Below, piece by piece: positions 25,246 to 26,070 of a stretch of 26,070 nt of DNA. A program made the position numbers and the translations under genes. Below the pieces are notes generated by a model. The model made no database searches. It worked only from the letters and a program-made list of their open reading frames with translations, and was not told the DNA's origin. Position 1 is the stretch's first letter. The number at the start of each line of letters is the position of its first letter. This DNA is from Pseudomonadota bacterium. GTDB lineage: Bacteria; Desulfobacterota; Desulfovibrionia; Desulfovibrionales; Desulfovibrionaceae. The stretch is taken from assembly GCA_018822065.1 (NCBI GenBank), contig JAHJKV010000170.1, positions 1 to 26,070 on the forward strand. The letters are read 5' to 3'.

Positions 25246-25554
25246 TTACAGCGTGGCTATGTGTTCGGCCACAGCAGTCGTTTCCTCAGGGGAGAGTTTG
25301 CCGGCCATCTTCTGCATGACCTTCATCTTCTTGCCTCCAAAGGAACCGTCCACGTACCCCTTGAGTTTGGTTTCGATGTCCGCTGCAGACTGGCCCTTGA
25401 GGGTCACGTTGCCCGAGGAGGCCGCAGCCTTGGCCCCATCTTTGCCATGGCATCCGGAGCACTTGGAGTTGTAAAGGTCAGCACCGGAGGAGGCGCAGGC
25501 AACGGTCACGGCCAGAGCCAGAACCAGGGTGAGGGAGAGTGCAAACAGTTTCAT
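25246..25554 (-). CDS. cyf: Monohaem cytochrome c553
   Basis: Signal peptide; GADLYNSKCSGCHGKDG...KLKGYVDGSFGG..MKVM, matching the Desulfovibrio c553 pattern; RBS GAGGA. Confidence 0.92.
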   Translation of the reverse strand: MKLFALSLTLVLALAVTVACASSGADLYNSKCSGCHGKDGAKAAASSGNVTLKGQSAADIETKLKGYVDGSFGGKKMKVMQKMAGKLSPEETTAVAEHIATL

Positions 25555-25733
25555 GTGTATCCTCGTTGTTGATGAGTTATGCGGGAAATTTCCATAATAG
25601 CATACACGAACATGCCATGAAAAGACACCTTGTTCAGGAGAAATGACACCCAACGGAAAACAATTCCATTTGATGAGGGAAACGAACCCCCTGGAAGCCA
25701 ATAGACGGAGTAGTTGCCCCTCTTGTGCGGGAG

Positions 25734-26069
25734 TTACATCTGTGGCGTGGAATCGGGTTGGACAGGAACCAGGGCAGGAATCGAGGCAGGAATCGGGGAA
25801 ATGACAAACGGTTCGGAGCGCGTCGGTTTTGGAGTGAACTTTCGAAAGGGGCGGATGGCAACGACCCAGAGAAGCAGGGTGGCCCCCAGGGTGCAGGAGA
25901 GCATCAATGCAGGTGGGGCATCTTCCAGGGTTTGTTCCAGCAGGGCGATAACCAGATAGTGAACCAGGTAGAAAGGATAGCTGAGTTCGCTCGCCGCCCG
26001 GTCGATACTGTTGTCGCGGAGCAGTCGGAAGACCAGGGGCATGGTCAGGCAGGTGAGCGCGACAAGTGC
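25734..26069 (-). CDS. Acyltransferase family 3 (OafA-like) protein, C-terminal part (5' end lies outside the window)
   Basis: Frame is open to the window edge; ELSYPFYLVHY motif, TM segments and a Pro-rich tail. Confidence 0.75.
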   Translation of the reverse strand, partial: ALVALTCLTMPLVFRLLRDNSIDRAASELSYPFYLVHYLVIALLEQTLEDAPPALMLSCTLGATLLLWVVAIRPFRKFTPKPTRSEPFVISPIPASIPALVPVQPDSTPQM

Positions 26070-26070
26070 C

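Noticed and set aside
25589-25598. Palindrome GGAAATTTCC upstream of cyf as a Rex site
   Set aside because: Spacing and flanks do not fit the TTGTGAA-N4-TTCACAA Rex pattern, and it is too short to call.
1-26070. Mobile elements, CRISPR arrays, tRNA/rRNA genes and defence systems
   Set aside because: No transposase, integrase, repeat-spacer periodicity or RNA-gene signature was seen; nearly all the sequence is explained by protein-coding genes.

Overview
26 kb of a GC-rich deltaproteobacterial chromosome, most likely Desulfovibrionales (flagellin style, class I Hcp, and a cyf-sco-coxI-III-IV-II-cyoE-hypothetical operon with a dihaem CoxII). In order: the 3' part of a flagellin; a minus-strand run of a cytoplasmic PAS kinase with an ErcS-like N-terminus, an Fe-ADH (ErcA-like), an EAL-HDOD protein and an unknown 277-aa protein; a small secreted protein and two tandem secreted FecR-domain paralogues with no sigma factor or receptor nearby; hcp and rubrerythrin with candidate Crp/Fnr and Fur/PerR boxes; an orphan hybrid kinase; a lipoprotein MsrAB; a lysE/lysG pair; a Cache-HAMP-PAS-GAF-GGDEF cyclase; the oxidase operon; and a partial acyltransferase-3 gene. 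No mobile element, CRISPR array, rRNA or tRNA was seen. The best leads are the FecR pair, the kinase/ADH/EAL-HDOD/unknown-gene module, an AT-rich in-frame stretch in cyoE carrying a sigma70-like promoter, and the cyclase leader (small ORF plus a degenerate GEMM-like motif). All assignments come from motif recognition by eye; no searches were run.
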